This document shows positions 44,860 through 53,685 of a DNA stretch of 64,000 bases, piece after piece. Each line of letters starts with the position of its first letter. Position 1 is the first letter of the stretch. The translations under genes were made by a program, and so were the position numbers. The notes under the pieces are model-generated. The model was not told where the DNA came from, ran no database searches, and saw only the letters and a program-made list of their open reading frames with translations. Origin of the DNA: Patescibacteria group bacterium. GTDB lineage: Bacteria; Patescibacteriota; Patescibacteriia; Patescibacteriales; UBA12075. The DNA lies in contig JAHILH010000005.1 of assembly GCA_018897195.1 (NCBI GenBank), positions 745 to 64,744 on the forward strand, given 5' to 3'.

Positions 44860-46200
44860 TTAATCAATCTTTTCATTTTTATGCAACATTCCCAATGCAA
44901 ACCAGAACAAAATGACTCCCATATGCAAACTCCACCACCAATGATCAAACATCATCATGAAAATCAGGGGCAAAAAGATGCCAATTTGATAAAGATCAAC
45001 TTGATTCCTTTTTGCTCGTTCAAAAAGTTCACCAAAGATAAATTGTAATAAAGAGATAAACAAAATAAAACCAAACAAACCAACTTCCGCCCAAACTAAC
45101 AAGAAAGAATTATGCACTGGTTGGTAAAACCAGTTCACCTGATCTGGTATTTTGGCTTTTTCCGCCAAAGTATAATTACCTAGGCCAACGCCGAAAAACC
45201 ATTTTTCTTTAATAATACCAATCGAGTCGCTAATCAAACCACTACGTTCACTTGAAGAAATATTTTCTAACCGCGTATTACCGAACAAGCGATCGTCAAC
45301 CAAGAGACCGAACTGCGAATAGAAAACCGCAAATAAAATTCCAGAAAATAATATAATTTTTAAAACTTGCAAGTAAACTAGTAAATTCTTCTTAACCACG
45401 GCTACAGCCAACATCGTAGCGACACCAAGCGCTAGACCGAGCCAGGCTGTACGCGAAAAAGTAAAAAACAGGGCTAATAGAGACGTAAAATACAAAAAAG
45501 AAAACAACAAAAAGATTTTATTAGCAATATTTTCTTCCTTATTCAAAGTTTTGATATACGCAAAAAGTAAAAATAAAATTCCTACCACCAACAATCCGCC
45601 CAAAATATTCGGATGGTCCTGTCCACCATAAGCTCGTAGCCATCTTTGCCAAATACCATCACCGCCCAAAACCTCCACCACTGAAACGCCCGCATCAGAA
45701 GGATTATGTGAAGCTAAGCCCAGCCACTTATACGCAAAACTCGACTGACTTAAGAATTGCCAAATCGCTAAAGCGGCTTGCGCAAAGATGCCCATAGCCA
45801 ACCAAAAAATTACCCTAACTTTTTCAATTGGAAATTTCACCAACACAAAAAACAAACCAATCGCCAGCAAAAAACGTCCATACAAGAATAAGGCGATATG
45901 GCTATCAAAACCCGCAAAGATAGACATAAAAACAATAAACTCCAGGCCACCCACCAATGACAAAAGTGCATTTTTCATAAAAGGAACTTTCACCGTCTTT
46001 TCTTTCTTAAAACTATAAAACACAAACACCGCCAATAAGACCAAGATTAAAATATCAATGCCATACAAGCTCATCGTTTTATACTCCGAATAACCACCGT
46101 TAATCTCCCCTGCCTTAATAATCCAACGCGTTTGCAAGGGCAAGAAAAAAGCGACCGCGTAAATTAGTTTTTCAATAATTTTATTCATAATTTTTTCCAT
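44860..46200 (-). CDS. O-antigen ligase (Wzy_C)-like polytopic membrane protein
   Basis: More than 10 hydrophobic helices with the central FSRTAWLGLALG motif. Confidence 0.6.
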   Translation of the reverse strand: MEKIMNKIIEKLIYAVAFFLPLQTRWIIKAGEINGGYSEYKTMSLYGIDILILVLLAVFVFYSFKKEKTVKVPFMKNALLSLVGGLEFIVFMSIFAGFDSHIALFLYGRFLLAIGLFFVLVKFPIEKVRVIFWLAMGIFAQAALAIWQFLSQSSFAYKWLGLASHNPSDAGVSVVEVLGGDGIWQRWLRAYGGQDHPNILGGLLVVGILFLLFAYIKTLNKEENIANKIFLLFSFLYFTSLLALFFTFSRTAWLGLALGVATMLAVAVVKKNLLVYLQVLKIILFSGILFAVFYSQFGLLVDDRLFGNTRLENISSSERSGLISDSIGIIKEKWFFGVGLGNYTLAEKAKIPDQVNWFYQPVHNSFLLVWAEVGLFGFILFISLLQFIFGELFERAKRNQVDLYQIGIFLPLIFMMMFDHWWWSLHMGVILFWFALGMLHKNEKID

Positions 46201-47144
46201 TATTTTAGTTGTCCAGCTATCTCGCTGTCTAGTTGTCTAAGTTTTATCAAATATAAATTTTTGTAATATTCTCGTCTATCATTCGAAATCAATTTTAACA
46301 CGCCGTCATTAATCACTACGCGTGTATCTTTATTCATTAACTCCTTCAAAACAGGCGACATTACTTTTAATTGATAATTCTTCAAATTAATATCCAAGCC
46401 ACCAATAAAAAGATCTATCACGTCGCGATAAAAAACAGAACTCTCTCGTCTAATCATTAAATCATTTTCAGTAACCGCCTCCGACCAATTCGGCATCTTA
46501 TCTAAAAACCAGTTATTGGCTTGAATTAATTTATAATAATAGTTGTCACGACAATAAATCGGTAACAAATTCGCCAACCAAAAATAAAAATAAACATCAT
46601 CCGCCATCATCAATTTTTGCAAATTTAAATTTTCCGTGGTCACAAAAAAACTCAAACAAATTTTATCCCTCACATTGTTTAGGGTTGGTCGCAAACCTAA
46701 TAACTTCACCAAAACAACGGCAAAAAAGCGCGTAATCCAAATCCTCTTATGTTCAGTGACTATAAAAAGATCAATATCACTCTCCTCTTTCATATTATCA
46801 GACCCAATCACATTGCTAATCGCAATCATTTTAATCCACGGAATAAAACTAAAAATGCGCGCTATCTTCAAGGCCTTTTTCTGTTTCTTCTTCGCGATAA
46901 TGCCTCGCTCCCTGCGTTGCTCATACAAGCTTTCGCGCCCTGGTAAAAAATAAAATCCGTCTTTCTCTTCTAAAAAATCACCCTCATCATTCAAAAAAGT
47001 CAAAATCTCGTCCAGACCACATTGATAATCACAAAACTTCCAAATTTCCATCACAGTTGGGGGAAATTCAAAGACATCAAAAAAGGCAACCACGCGCGTG
47101 ATAGCCTCCTTTATTTTATTGTTTTTTTCTACTTGATTATCCAT
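46200..47144 (-). CDS. hypothetical protein with Pol-beta-type nucleotidyltransferase motif
   Basis: SNVIGSDNMKEESDIDLFIVT resembles GS..(n)..DxD nucleotidyltransferase motifs. Confidence 0.45.
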   Translation of the reverse strand: MDNQVEKNNKIKEAITRVVAFFDVFEFPPTVMEIWKFCDYQCGLDEILTFLNDEGDFLEEKDGFYFLPGRESLYEQRRERGIIAKKKQKKALKIARIFSFIPWIKMIAISNVIGSDNMKEESDIDLFIVTEHKRIWITRFFAVVLVKLLGLRPTLNNVRDKICLSFFVTTENLNLQKLMMADDVYFYFWLANLLPIYCRDNYYYKLIQANNWFLDKMPNWSEAVTENDLMIRRESSVFYRDVIDLFIGGLDINLKNYQLKVMSPVLKELMNKDTRVVINDGVLKLISNDRREYYKNLYLIKLRQLDSEIAGQLK

Positions 47145-47151
47145 ATTTTAA

Positions 47152-48264
47152 CTAATCACCACTCTTTGGTCCGTCTAATAGCATTGCCTCAATCTCCGAC
47201 TCGCCGCCGACAATCTTAATTACATCTTTATCAATCTTCTTAAATTCTTTATAGGCATTATTATAATGATTCACCGTCGTATTCATACTCGCACCTAATT
47301 TCTTTAAAAAATCATCATAACTATTAATATGCTTGCCCAATTTTTCCACGTTCACCTTAATACTCTTGGCACTCTCTTCAATTTGTAAGGCCCGTAAGCC
47401 CTGTAGGACAGTCTGCAAATAAGCCAAGAAAGATGTTGGCGACACGATAATGACATGCTTATCCTTGAAAGCATAGTCAATCAGGTCGCGTGTATTAATC
47501 TGCACCGTGCCAACTTTATTTACTAGTAAATCATAATAAATCGCCTCTGATGGAATAAACATAAACGCAAAATCCATCGTATTCTCCGCCTGCTTCACGT
47601 ATTTACTCGTTTCATCGATGCGCATCTTCAAATCTTGTTTAAACAACTTCTCAAACTTCTCCCGCGTCTCCTGATCGGTCGCCGTCAAGATTCTTTCGTA
47701 ATTTTCCAAACTGAATTTCGAATCGACGGGAATGATTTTGTCCTTCACAAACACCACAGCATCAACAATCGTGCCGTCCTTGAAAGGATATTGCATTTGG
47801 TAGGAATTTGGTGGTAAAACATTTTTTAAAGTTTCTTCTAAAAAATATTCACCGAGTACGCCACGTTGTTTCGGATTTTTCAAAATGTCTTGCAAGTTTT
47901 TTAATTGCTCAGAAAAATTCACGACTTGTTTATTCGTCTCATCCAACTTGGTTAATTTCTCAGTCACCTCAGAAATAAGTTTAGCCGACTGTCCACTAAT
48001 CCCATGCACTGTCTTCATCGTCTGTCCTAATTGCTCCTGTGTATTGCGATATTGTTCTTGTGTCGTCCGATGTGTTTCTGCCAACTTCCGATCCAAAGTT
48101 TCTCGCAACTCTTTATTCTGATTTCCTAGCCCGGTTAAACGCTCTAACATGGTCGTTATTTTATCATCACTTCCATTACTACTATTTTTTAATAACAAAA
48201 AAATTACTACTCCGATTCCAGCAATTAAAATTATTAACAAAACTGTGATAATGGCTAAATTCAT
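47152..48264 (-). CDS. rmuC: DNA recombination protein RmuC
   Basis: N-terminal TM helix, coiled coil, and an RmuC-like C-terminus (FMFIPSEAIY..., VIIVSPTSFLAYL). Confidence 0.8.
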   Translation of the reverse strand: MNLAIITVLLIILIAGIGVVIFLLLKNSSNGSDDKITTMLERLTGLGNQNKELRETLDRKLAETHRTTQEQYRNTQEQLGQTMKTVHGISGQSAKLISEVTEKLTKLDETNKQVVNFSEQLKNLQDILKNPKQRGVLGEYFLEETLKNVLPPNSYQMQYPFKDGTIVDAVVFVKDKIIPVDSKFSLENYERILTATDQETREKFEKLFKQDLKMRIDETSKYVKQAENTMDFAFMFIPSEAIYYDLLVNKVGTVQINTRDLIDYAFKDKHVIIVSPTSFLAYLQTVLQGLRALQIEESAKSIKVNVEKLGKHINSYDDFLKKLGASMNTTVNHYNNAYKEFKKIDKDVIKIVGGESEIEAMLLDGPKSGD

Positions 48265-48369
48265 ATATTCGTAATTTTTAATTCATAATTCATAATTGAT
48301 TACATTTTACCAATAAAAAAACCTAAGCACAAGACCTAGATTTTATCTATAAAATATCTAATATTAGGA

Positions 48370-49287
48370 TTAAACTGCAATTTCTTTTTTCGATTTCCAA
48401 AAGAAAAAAGCAACTACGCCAATAGTAATCGTTGGCGATATCCAACCAGGCACGTGAATCCCAAAACTATCTACCAACATTATCGTTCCCAAAAACAAAA
48501 CTGAATACATCGCGCCATTTTTCAGATAAACATACTTCTTAATCCTATCAATATTGCCAATCGTTAGTTGTCGCACTACGAAGGCGCCGATACCATTTCC
48601 AAAAAGAATCAAGGGCACCGCCAATGTGAAGGCGAACGCGCCCAAAACTCCATCAATCGAAAAAGTGGTATCAATCACCTCTAAATATAAAATCTTGCTC
48701 CAATCCGACATATTGCCCGCACCACTCAATAATTTCTGCTCACCAGCTTCAGCATTTTGCTTAAAACCATGAGTAATAAAAAAAGCAGTTGAACCAACAA
48801 CGGCACCAAAGGCCATCATAGTGTTCGTTTTAAGCCCATACCACACAATAACGGTTAAAATTATAGACACTACAGCATAAAACCACACTCCTTGTTCATA
48901 AAAAAATTTCTCCCCGCGTAAGCCAAAACTCTTAGTCTCCAAAAACAGCCAATGAAAAAATAAAAACACTAAAAAGATTCCGCCGCCAGCCAAAAGAATC
49001 GGCGCCGAGGCCTCAATTGCCCCCATCACCTTCGGATCACTAGAAAAAGTCGCCGTCAAAGAACCAATCATGCCCAGCTCAGGCATTACCGCCCAGACAA
49101 TCAGCCATGGCAAAAGTCCGCGCACCAAAAAAACCGCAAACAACAGTCCCCAAAAAAGAAACCATTTTCGCGCCTTGGCTGACATCGTCGACAAAACCTC
49201 CGCATTGATAATCGCATTATCAATACTAGAAATAATCTCAAAAAGAGACAAACCAACAACTGTAAAAATCATTGAAAAAATAGGCAT
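48370..49287 (-). CDS. TerC/DUF475-family integral membrane protein
   Basis: SSIDNAIINAEVL motif and multiple TM helices. Confidence 0.6.
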   Translation of the reverse strand: MPIFSMIFTVVGLSLFEIISSIDNAIINAEVLSTMSAKARKWFLFWGLLFAVFLVRGLLPWLIVWAVMPELGMIGSLTATFSSDPKVMGAIEASAPILLAGGGIFLVFLFFHWLFLETKSFGLRGEKFFYEQGVWFYAVVSIILTVIVWYGLKTNTMMAFGAVVGSTAFFITHGFKQNAEAGEQKLLSGAGNMSDWSKILYLEVIDTTFSIDGVLGAFAFTLAVPLILFGNGIGAFVVRQLTIGNIDRIKKYVYLKNGAMYSVLFLGTIMLVDSFGIHVPGWISPTITIGVVAFFFWKSKKEIAV

Positions 49288-49409
49288 ATGCTTTATTATA
49301 TCTCATATATAATATTTTATCAATCTAAGTCAAATTGACTTTAATCTTTAATTGCGCTTTAATAAACAAATAAAAATAAACAGAAAAATAAAAGCCTAAG
49401 GAGGCAATC

Positions 49410-50201
49410 ATGGAAACTTTCTTTTCAGCCAGCGGCCACTTTTTGTTTTTTAATAACTTTTTTCCAACAACCGTCCGTTGCGGCATTGCTACGAATTTTT
49501 TTGGTGACTGTAATTATTATTACGAAGGCAGAACCGAAGACTGCATCAAAAATTTGGGTAAAGTTTTTCACGCTTCCGACATTTTTATTCCATTCCCTAA
49601 AAACGAGACAACGATTATCAAGGCGCAAAAAAATGTAGAGACTGGAATAAGAAACATAAGAAGCCTGCTCAAAAAAAGAAAAGAAACACCCGTAATCCAC
49701 AGGGCTGATGGTGACGGCATTATCTTGCGACACAAAAAATTCCACAAATGTCGTCCGCTACTAATCTTTCCTACCGGTGATTGCCCCATTGTTCTTTTGC
49801 ACAATAAAAAAGTGAGCGCCCTGCTCCATTGCGGTTGGCGCGGTCTGCAAGGAAACATTTTATCACTGGCGGTAGAATCCCTGCTGTCACAAAAATTAAT
49901 TGAGCCGGCAAAAACTAAAGCCATCATCTGGCCGGGCATTTGCCAAATGCATTACCCTGTCAGTGAAAATGTCGCCCAATATTTTCCCGACACCGTCAAT
50001 GATGGTTGTCTGGATTTGGCAGGCACGGCACACAAAGAATTATTGTCCTTGAAATTTTCCCGTAAAAACATTACCATCCCAGATTACTGCTCCTTTCATT
50101 CCCAAGAAAATGAAGAAAATATTTTCTCTTCCCATCGCCGTGGCGACACAACTCGCAACGCCGTCTTTATACTCCCCGACCTCCATAACCTCTCTGAATA
50201 A
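49410..50201 (+). CDS. YfiH/PgeF (DUF152, laccase-domain) family protein
   Basis: LLHCGWRGL, IWPGIC and FSSHRRGD motifs, with AAGGAGG upstream. Confidence 0.7.
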   Translation: METFFSASGHFLFFNNFFPTTVRCGIATNFFGDCNYYYEGRTEDCIKNLGKVFHASDIFIPFPKNETTIIKAQKNVETGIRNIRSLLKKRKETPVIHRADGDGIILRHKKFHKCRPLLIFPTGDCPIVLLHNKKVSALLHCGWRGLQGNILSLAVESLLSQKLIEPAKTKAIIWPGICQMHYPVSENVAQYFPDTVNDGCLDLAGTAHKELLSLKFSRKNITIPDYCSFHSQENEENIFSSHRRGDTTRNAVFILPDLHNLSE

Positions 50202-50214
50202 GAGAGGTTTTTTC
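50187..50214 (+). terminator. intrinsic terminator overlapping the stop codon
   Basis: AACCTCTCT / GAATA / AGAGAGGTT followed by TTTTT. Confidence 0.75.
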
Positions 50215-50344
50215 TTTTAGAAACAATGGCTTGCCAAAAAAGTATTTTTCTGCTATATTAAATACAGGTAAGTGAAAGAAAACATCGGTTAAACAAATTA
50301 ACCGCAAATTTTAGCCAAAAAAAGTTCCAAACGCAAGGAGAAAG

Positions 50345-51025
50345 ATGATGAAAAGATGGATACTTATTTCGAGTCTAGTTTTATGTTCACTGCTTCTTTT
50401 TATGGCCCATAATAGAGAAAAACAGGCGCAAACAGCACCTGCTATCAATGAGCCACCGAAAGAAACAAAATTAAGCCCAAACAACTCAAGCTTAGAACCT
50501 GATTCCGATAAAAACAAATTCCTCAGTCGGGAATATTATCGAATCGACCAATCAAGTGTCTGTGAGGATGAAAACACCCACGACACAGCAGAGCCACTCA
50601 ACTTCGATTTTGATCTCAAAAAGTTCGCCAAAAAAATGCGGGAACATGACAAAATCATCGGACCTGCCTCGCAAAAACACCAAATGCCCAAAAAACTGAT
50701 TGCAGCCGTTATTCGCGTTGAATCAAATTGGGACACTCTCGCCGTATCAAAAAACGGCGCCAAGGGGTTAATGCAATTAAATCCGATAACTCAAGAAGAG
50801 ACCGAAGTCAAAAACCCTTTCAACGCAAAAGAAAACGTTGATGGCGGCACAGAATACCTCGGAAAGATGTGCAAAGAGTTTGGAAGCATTGAGCTTGGTC
50901 TAATTGCCAACAATATTGGACCAACACGGTTAAGAAAAATATTAGCCGGCAAAGAACGCGGTAAAATACCCCCAAGCGCAAAAAAATACGCGCAGAAGGT
51001 TCTGTATTTATACCAAAACGTTTAA
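50345..51025 (+). CDS. secreted lytic transglycosylase (SLT domain)
   Basis: Signal peptide and the motif VESNWDTLAVSKNGAKGLMQL, with AAGGAG upstream. Confidence 0.8.
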   Translation: MMKRWILISSLVLCSLLLFMAHNREKQAQTAPAINEPPKETKLSPNNSSLEPDSDKNKFLSREYYRIDQSSVCEDENTHDTAEPLNFDFDLKKFAKKMREHDKIIGPASQKHQMPKKLIAAVIRVESNWDTLAVSKNGAKGLMQLNPITQEETEVKNPFNAKENVDGGTEYLGKMCKEFGSIELGLIANNIGPTRLRKILAGKERGKIPPSAKKYAQKVLYLYQNV

Positions 51026-51047
51026 ATTCACTTACCTGAAAAAAACC

Positions 51048-51080
51048 AAGGCATAACCCTGAGAAGTTATGCCTTTTTTA
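51048..51080. terminator. bidirectional terminator, copy 1 of an identical 31-nt sequence
   Basis: AAGGCATAAC / CCTGAGAA / GTTATGCCTT followed by TTT. The same string recurs at 52254. Confidence 0.75.
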
Positions 51081-51098
51081 TTTTGCCAAAAAAATAAT

Positions 51099-51416
51099 TT
51101 ATTTCTTCGAATACGGCAAGCTCGCTGCTGTAATCGAAATCAATTCCCGCAACCACCCGCGCTCTTCAATCCGATCACCATCAATCACCATCGAAGGCTT
51201 CGCTCCTTCCCAAGCACAACCCTCTTGATAATAATCGCCAACAAACTTCTTCCCCGCCTCGGTGATTTTCAAAAACAAAGTATCATCGCAAACAAAACCA
51301 ACCACCTTTCCGTCGCAATACAAAGCATACTCACCAAACATTTTTCGCGTTCTGATGTCATCCGCTGGATCTAATTGATCCAGAATAAAATCCATGGTTG
51401 ATTGGCTTGTTGCCAT
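51099..51416 (-). CDS. TfoX N-terminal domain protein
   Basis: RKMFGEYALYCDGKVVGFVCDDTLFLK pattern typical of TfoX_N; 105 aa. Confidence 0.6.
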   Translation of the reverse strand: MATSQSTMDFILDQLDPADDIRTRKMFGEYALYCDGKVVGFVCDDTLFLKITEAGKKFVGDYYQEGCAWEGAKPSMVIDGDRIEERGWLRELISITAASLPYSKK

Positions 51417-51591
51417 ATATTTATTCTTAAATTAAAACTATATACATCATAAAAATATCATAAAATATATAAATAGTCACGACAAATCATTCTTGACATA
51501 TCTTGCGAATTGTGCTAACATTGTATATTCTACAAAAAGTAGACAGCACATTCAACAATCAATACAACTAAACAATATAAGAAGGAAAGAA

Positions 51592-52230
51592 ATGCTTAAA
51601 AAAATCCTAATGATTATAAACGGTGCAAGAAGCAGAGAATCTTTTTTTCTAATCATCGCCTCATTTTTTCCAACGACTGATTGGAGATATAAGCTTATTG
51701 AAAAAGCTTACAATGATGCAAAAGACGCTTTTCGCGGCAGATTTCGGGACAGTGGCGACGAAAGATATTTTGAACACATCCGAGCAGTTACTCTTATCCT
51801 CATTCTTTATCTGAGGGTTACAAATTACAAACTGATTGTCGCTGCCCTTCTGCATGATATCGTCGAAGATATTCCATCTTGGACAATAGCACGCGTAACA
51901 AAAGAATACGGCGAAGAAATTGCAGCATACGTCGACTCACTGACAAAGCCAAGTCATCTCTTTAAAGACAAAGAGAAATGCAACGAAGTTTACCATCGAC
52001 GATTCGAGAATGCCAGACGAGCATTTTTCCTAATCAAGCTCGCTGATCGACTTCATAATTTGCTAACCCTCTGGGCCTGCTCAAAAGAAAAAAGATTACG
52101 AAAGGTAATTGAAACAGAAATTCACTACCTTCCTTATGCCGAAAAGCATTTCATTCTTTATCATGAAATACTAGCGGCTATTGAATCGTTGAAACAAGAA
52201 AAAAAGTCCACCAAAAAGAAAACTGTGTAA
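51592..52230 (+). CDS. HD-domain (p)ppGpp-hydrolase-like (SpoT/Mesh1-type) protein
   Basis: YFEHIRAV..., AALLHDIVEDI, KLADRLHNL. Start moved to the ATG at 51592 (AAGGAA upstream) because the track start at 51493 coincides with a TTGACA box. Confidence 0.7.
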   Translation: MLKKILMIINGARSRESFFLIIASFFPTTDWRYKLIEKAYNDAKDAFRGRFRDSGDERYFEHIRAVTLILILYLRVTNYKLIVAALLHDIVEDIPSWTIARVTKEYGEEIAAYVDSLTKPSHLFKDKEKCNEVYHRRFENARRAFFLIKLADRLHNLLTLWACSKEKRLRKVIETEIHYLPYAEKHFILYHEILAAIESLKQEKKSTKKKTV

Positions 52231-52253
52231 ACAGTAAAGGAGTAAAAATACAA

Positions 52254-52285
52254 AAGGCATAACCCTGAGAAGTTATGCCTTTTTA
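52254..52285. terminator. bidirectional terminator, copy 2 of the identical 31-nt sequence
   Basis: aaggcataaccctgagaagttatgccttttt, identical to 51048-51078. Confidence 0.75.
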
Positions 52286-52299
52286 ATTTACACTAATTA

Positions 52300-52767
52300 T
52301 TAATGATTACTTTTTAATTCTAACAAGCGCTGATACTGCCACTCTCGCTCCTTTATAACCCTTGCCAGAACATCGCCTTTTTTAACATTATCTCTAATCG
52401 CTGTCGCTGCATAAATCGCCGCCACAATTGCATGACCAGGCGCATGCACCGTCGCCACCGCCTGTCCAGCCGCCCGCGCCGCGGAACGTGCCGCACTATA
52501 TTCCTCAGCATCGCGCGCCGCTGCATGTGACGCCAGAGACGCCCCACGAATAACAGCCATCTTAAATACACCCGTCTTCACCCACAAACGCCCCACCGCA
52601 ATCGCCAATCGCGGACGTTTGTCGCCTGTATATTTTTTCTCAAAATAAGGCAACGCCCGCTTCGCGCAATCACACGCCCAAATCACCAAGGTTTTCTTAT
52701 CCGTTTTCCAGGCCAATGCAGCGATTTGTTCATCTAATTCAGTTTTGACCATTATTGGTTTTTTCAT
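52300..52767 (-). CDS. Imm5-like putative immunity protein (Ala-rich helical repeats)
   Basis: LVIWACDCAKRALPYFE...PRLAIAVGRLW...AARDAEEYSAARSAARAAGQAVATVHAPGHA. This matches the family as I remember it, with no search run. The gene is locally GC-rich. Confidence 0.45.
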   Translation of the reverse strand: MKKPIMVKTELDEQIAALAWKTDKKTLVIWACDCAKRALPYFEKKYTGDKRPRLAIAVGRLWVKTGVFKMAVIRGASLASHAAARDAEEYSAARSAARAAGQAVATVHAPGHAIVAAIYAATAIRDNVKKGDVLARVIKEREWQYQRLLELKSNH

Positions 52768-52788
52768 TTTTTTAAATTAATGATTGTG

Positions 52789-53391
52789 CTACAAAAAAGA
52801 AAAAACATGACTATCGTCCGGATGAGAATCTTTTGACAATAACAATACTTCGGAATTGCCAAAATGAAATTGTGTTAAGACATTTTTCCAATCTAGCTTA
52901 TAGTAGGCAGTATAAATCATTTTACCAATATCTCCATGACAAACCAACAATACGCTTTTGCCATGACCATGATTTGAAACTTTTTCAATTATAATCTTTC
53001 CTCGTTCAACAAGATCAGGAAATGTCTCAGCACCTTCCGGATTTAAAAAATAAGTAATTGTGTCGGTCTTAATAATATCGGGAGTACACAATGATTCAAT
53101 ATCTTTGGCCGGCAAACCAGTTAGAACACCAAAATTTCGCTCAATTAATTCCAGCAAAACTTCAGGTTCTTTAACACCAATTGTCGAGGCAATAATTTCT
53201 GCCGTCTTTTTTGCTCTTTGCAATGGCGAACAATATATCGCCTCGAAATTCAAACCAGCCTCCTTAATTTCTTTCGCAAGCGCATTCGCCTGCTCAATTC
53301 CAAGGTCGGTTAATGGCATATCACGATGACCATTTAAAATACCTTTGATATTGTCTTGGTCTTGACCATGTCTGGCTAAATATATTTTCAT
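52789..53391 (-). CDS. histidine phosphatase (phosphoglycerate mutase) family protein
   Basis: IYLARHGQ RHG motif, and VCHGD later in the protein. Confidence 0.8.
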   Translation of the reverse strand: MKIYLARHGQDQDNIKGILNGHRDMPLTDLGIEQANALAKEIKEAGLNFEAIYCSPLQRAKKTAEIIASTIGVKEPEVLLELIERNFGVLTGLPAKDIESLCTPDIIKTDTITYFLNPEGAETFPDLVERGKIIIEKVSNHGHGKSVLLVCHGDIGKMIYTAYYKLDWKNVLTQFHFGNSEVLLLSKDSHPDDSHVFSFL

Positions 53392-53400
53392 AAGTTTTCT

Positions 53401-53423
53401 TGCGGAGAAGGAGGGATTCGAAA
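53401..53423 (-). other. orphan tRNA 3'-end fragment (T loop plus acceptor 3' strand); candidate att remnant
   Basis: The reverse complement reads TTCGAATCCCTCCTTCTCCGCA (T loop, T stem 3' strand, acceptor 3' strand, discriminator). No matching 5' half lies upstream. Confidence 0.5.
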
Positions 53424-53685
53424 ACTACTTTCGTGTTTTCATCAACGTCTTATAAACATTGACTTTGTTTGATATCATTGAGAAGTTAGCGACAAAACAG
53501 CTTTCTCAACTGTTCTCAAATACATTAAAATTCTCTAACCATCCTTACTGCTTTGACACAAAGTTTGCCACAATCTGTGATGAACGCAACATTGGAAGTA
53601 GTAAGGCGGGGGGGGTTAAAATTCGGAATCAAATATAAAAGGCGGGGGTATTTTATAGTGTATATACACGGCTTAGAAATAAGGA

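Noticed and set aside
49333-49345. 13-bp palindrome AGTCAA-A-TTGACT upstream of the YfiH-like and DUF475 genes.
   Set aside because: It is short and sits in a divergent promoter region. It most simply represents back-to-back -35-like boxes, and nothing further supports an operator.
52353-52571. 72-aa alternate-frame ORF within the Imm5-like gene.
   Set aside because: It is an Arg-rich shadow frame of a GC- and Ala-rich gene, in the same region as the better-supported 155-aa ORF.
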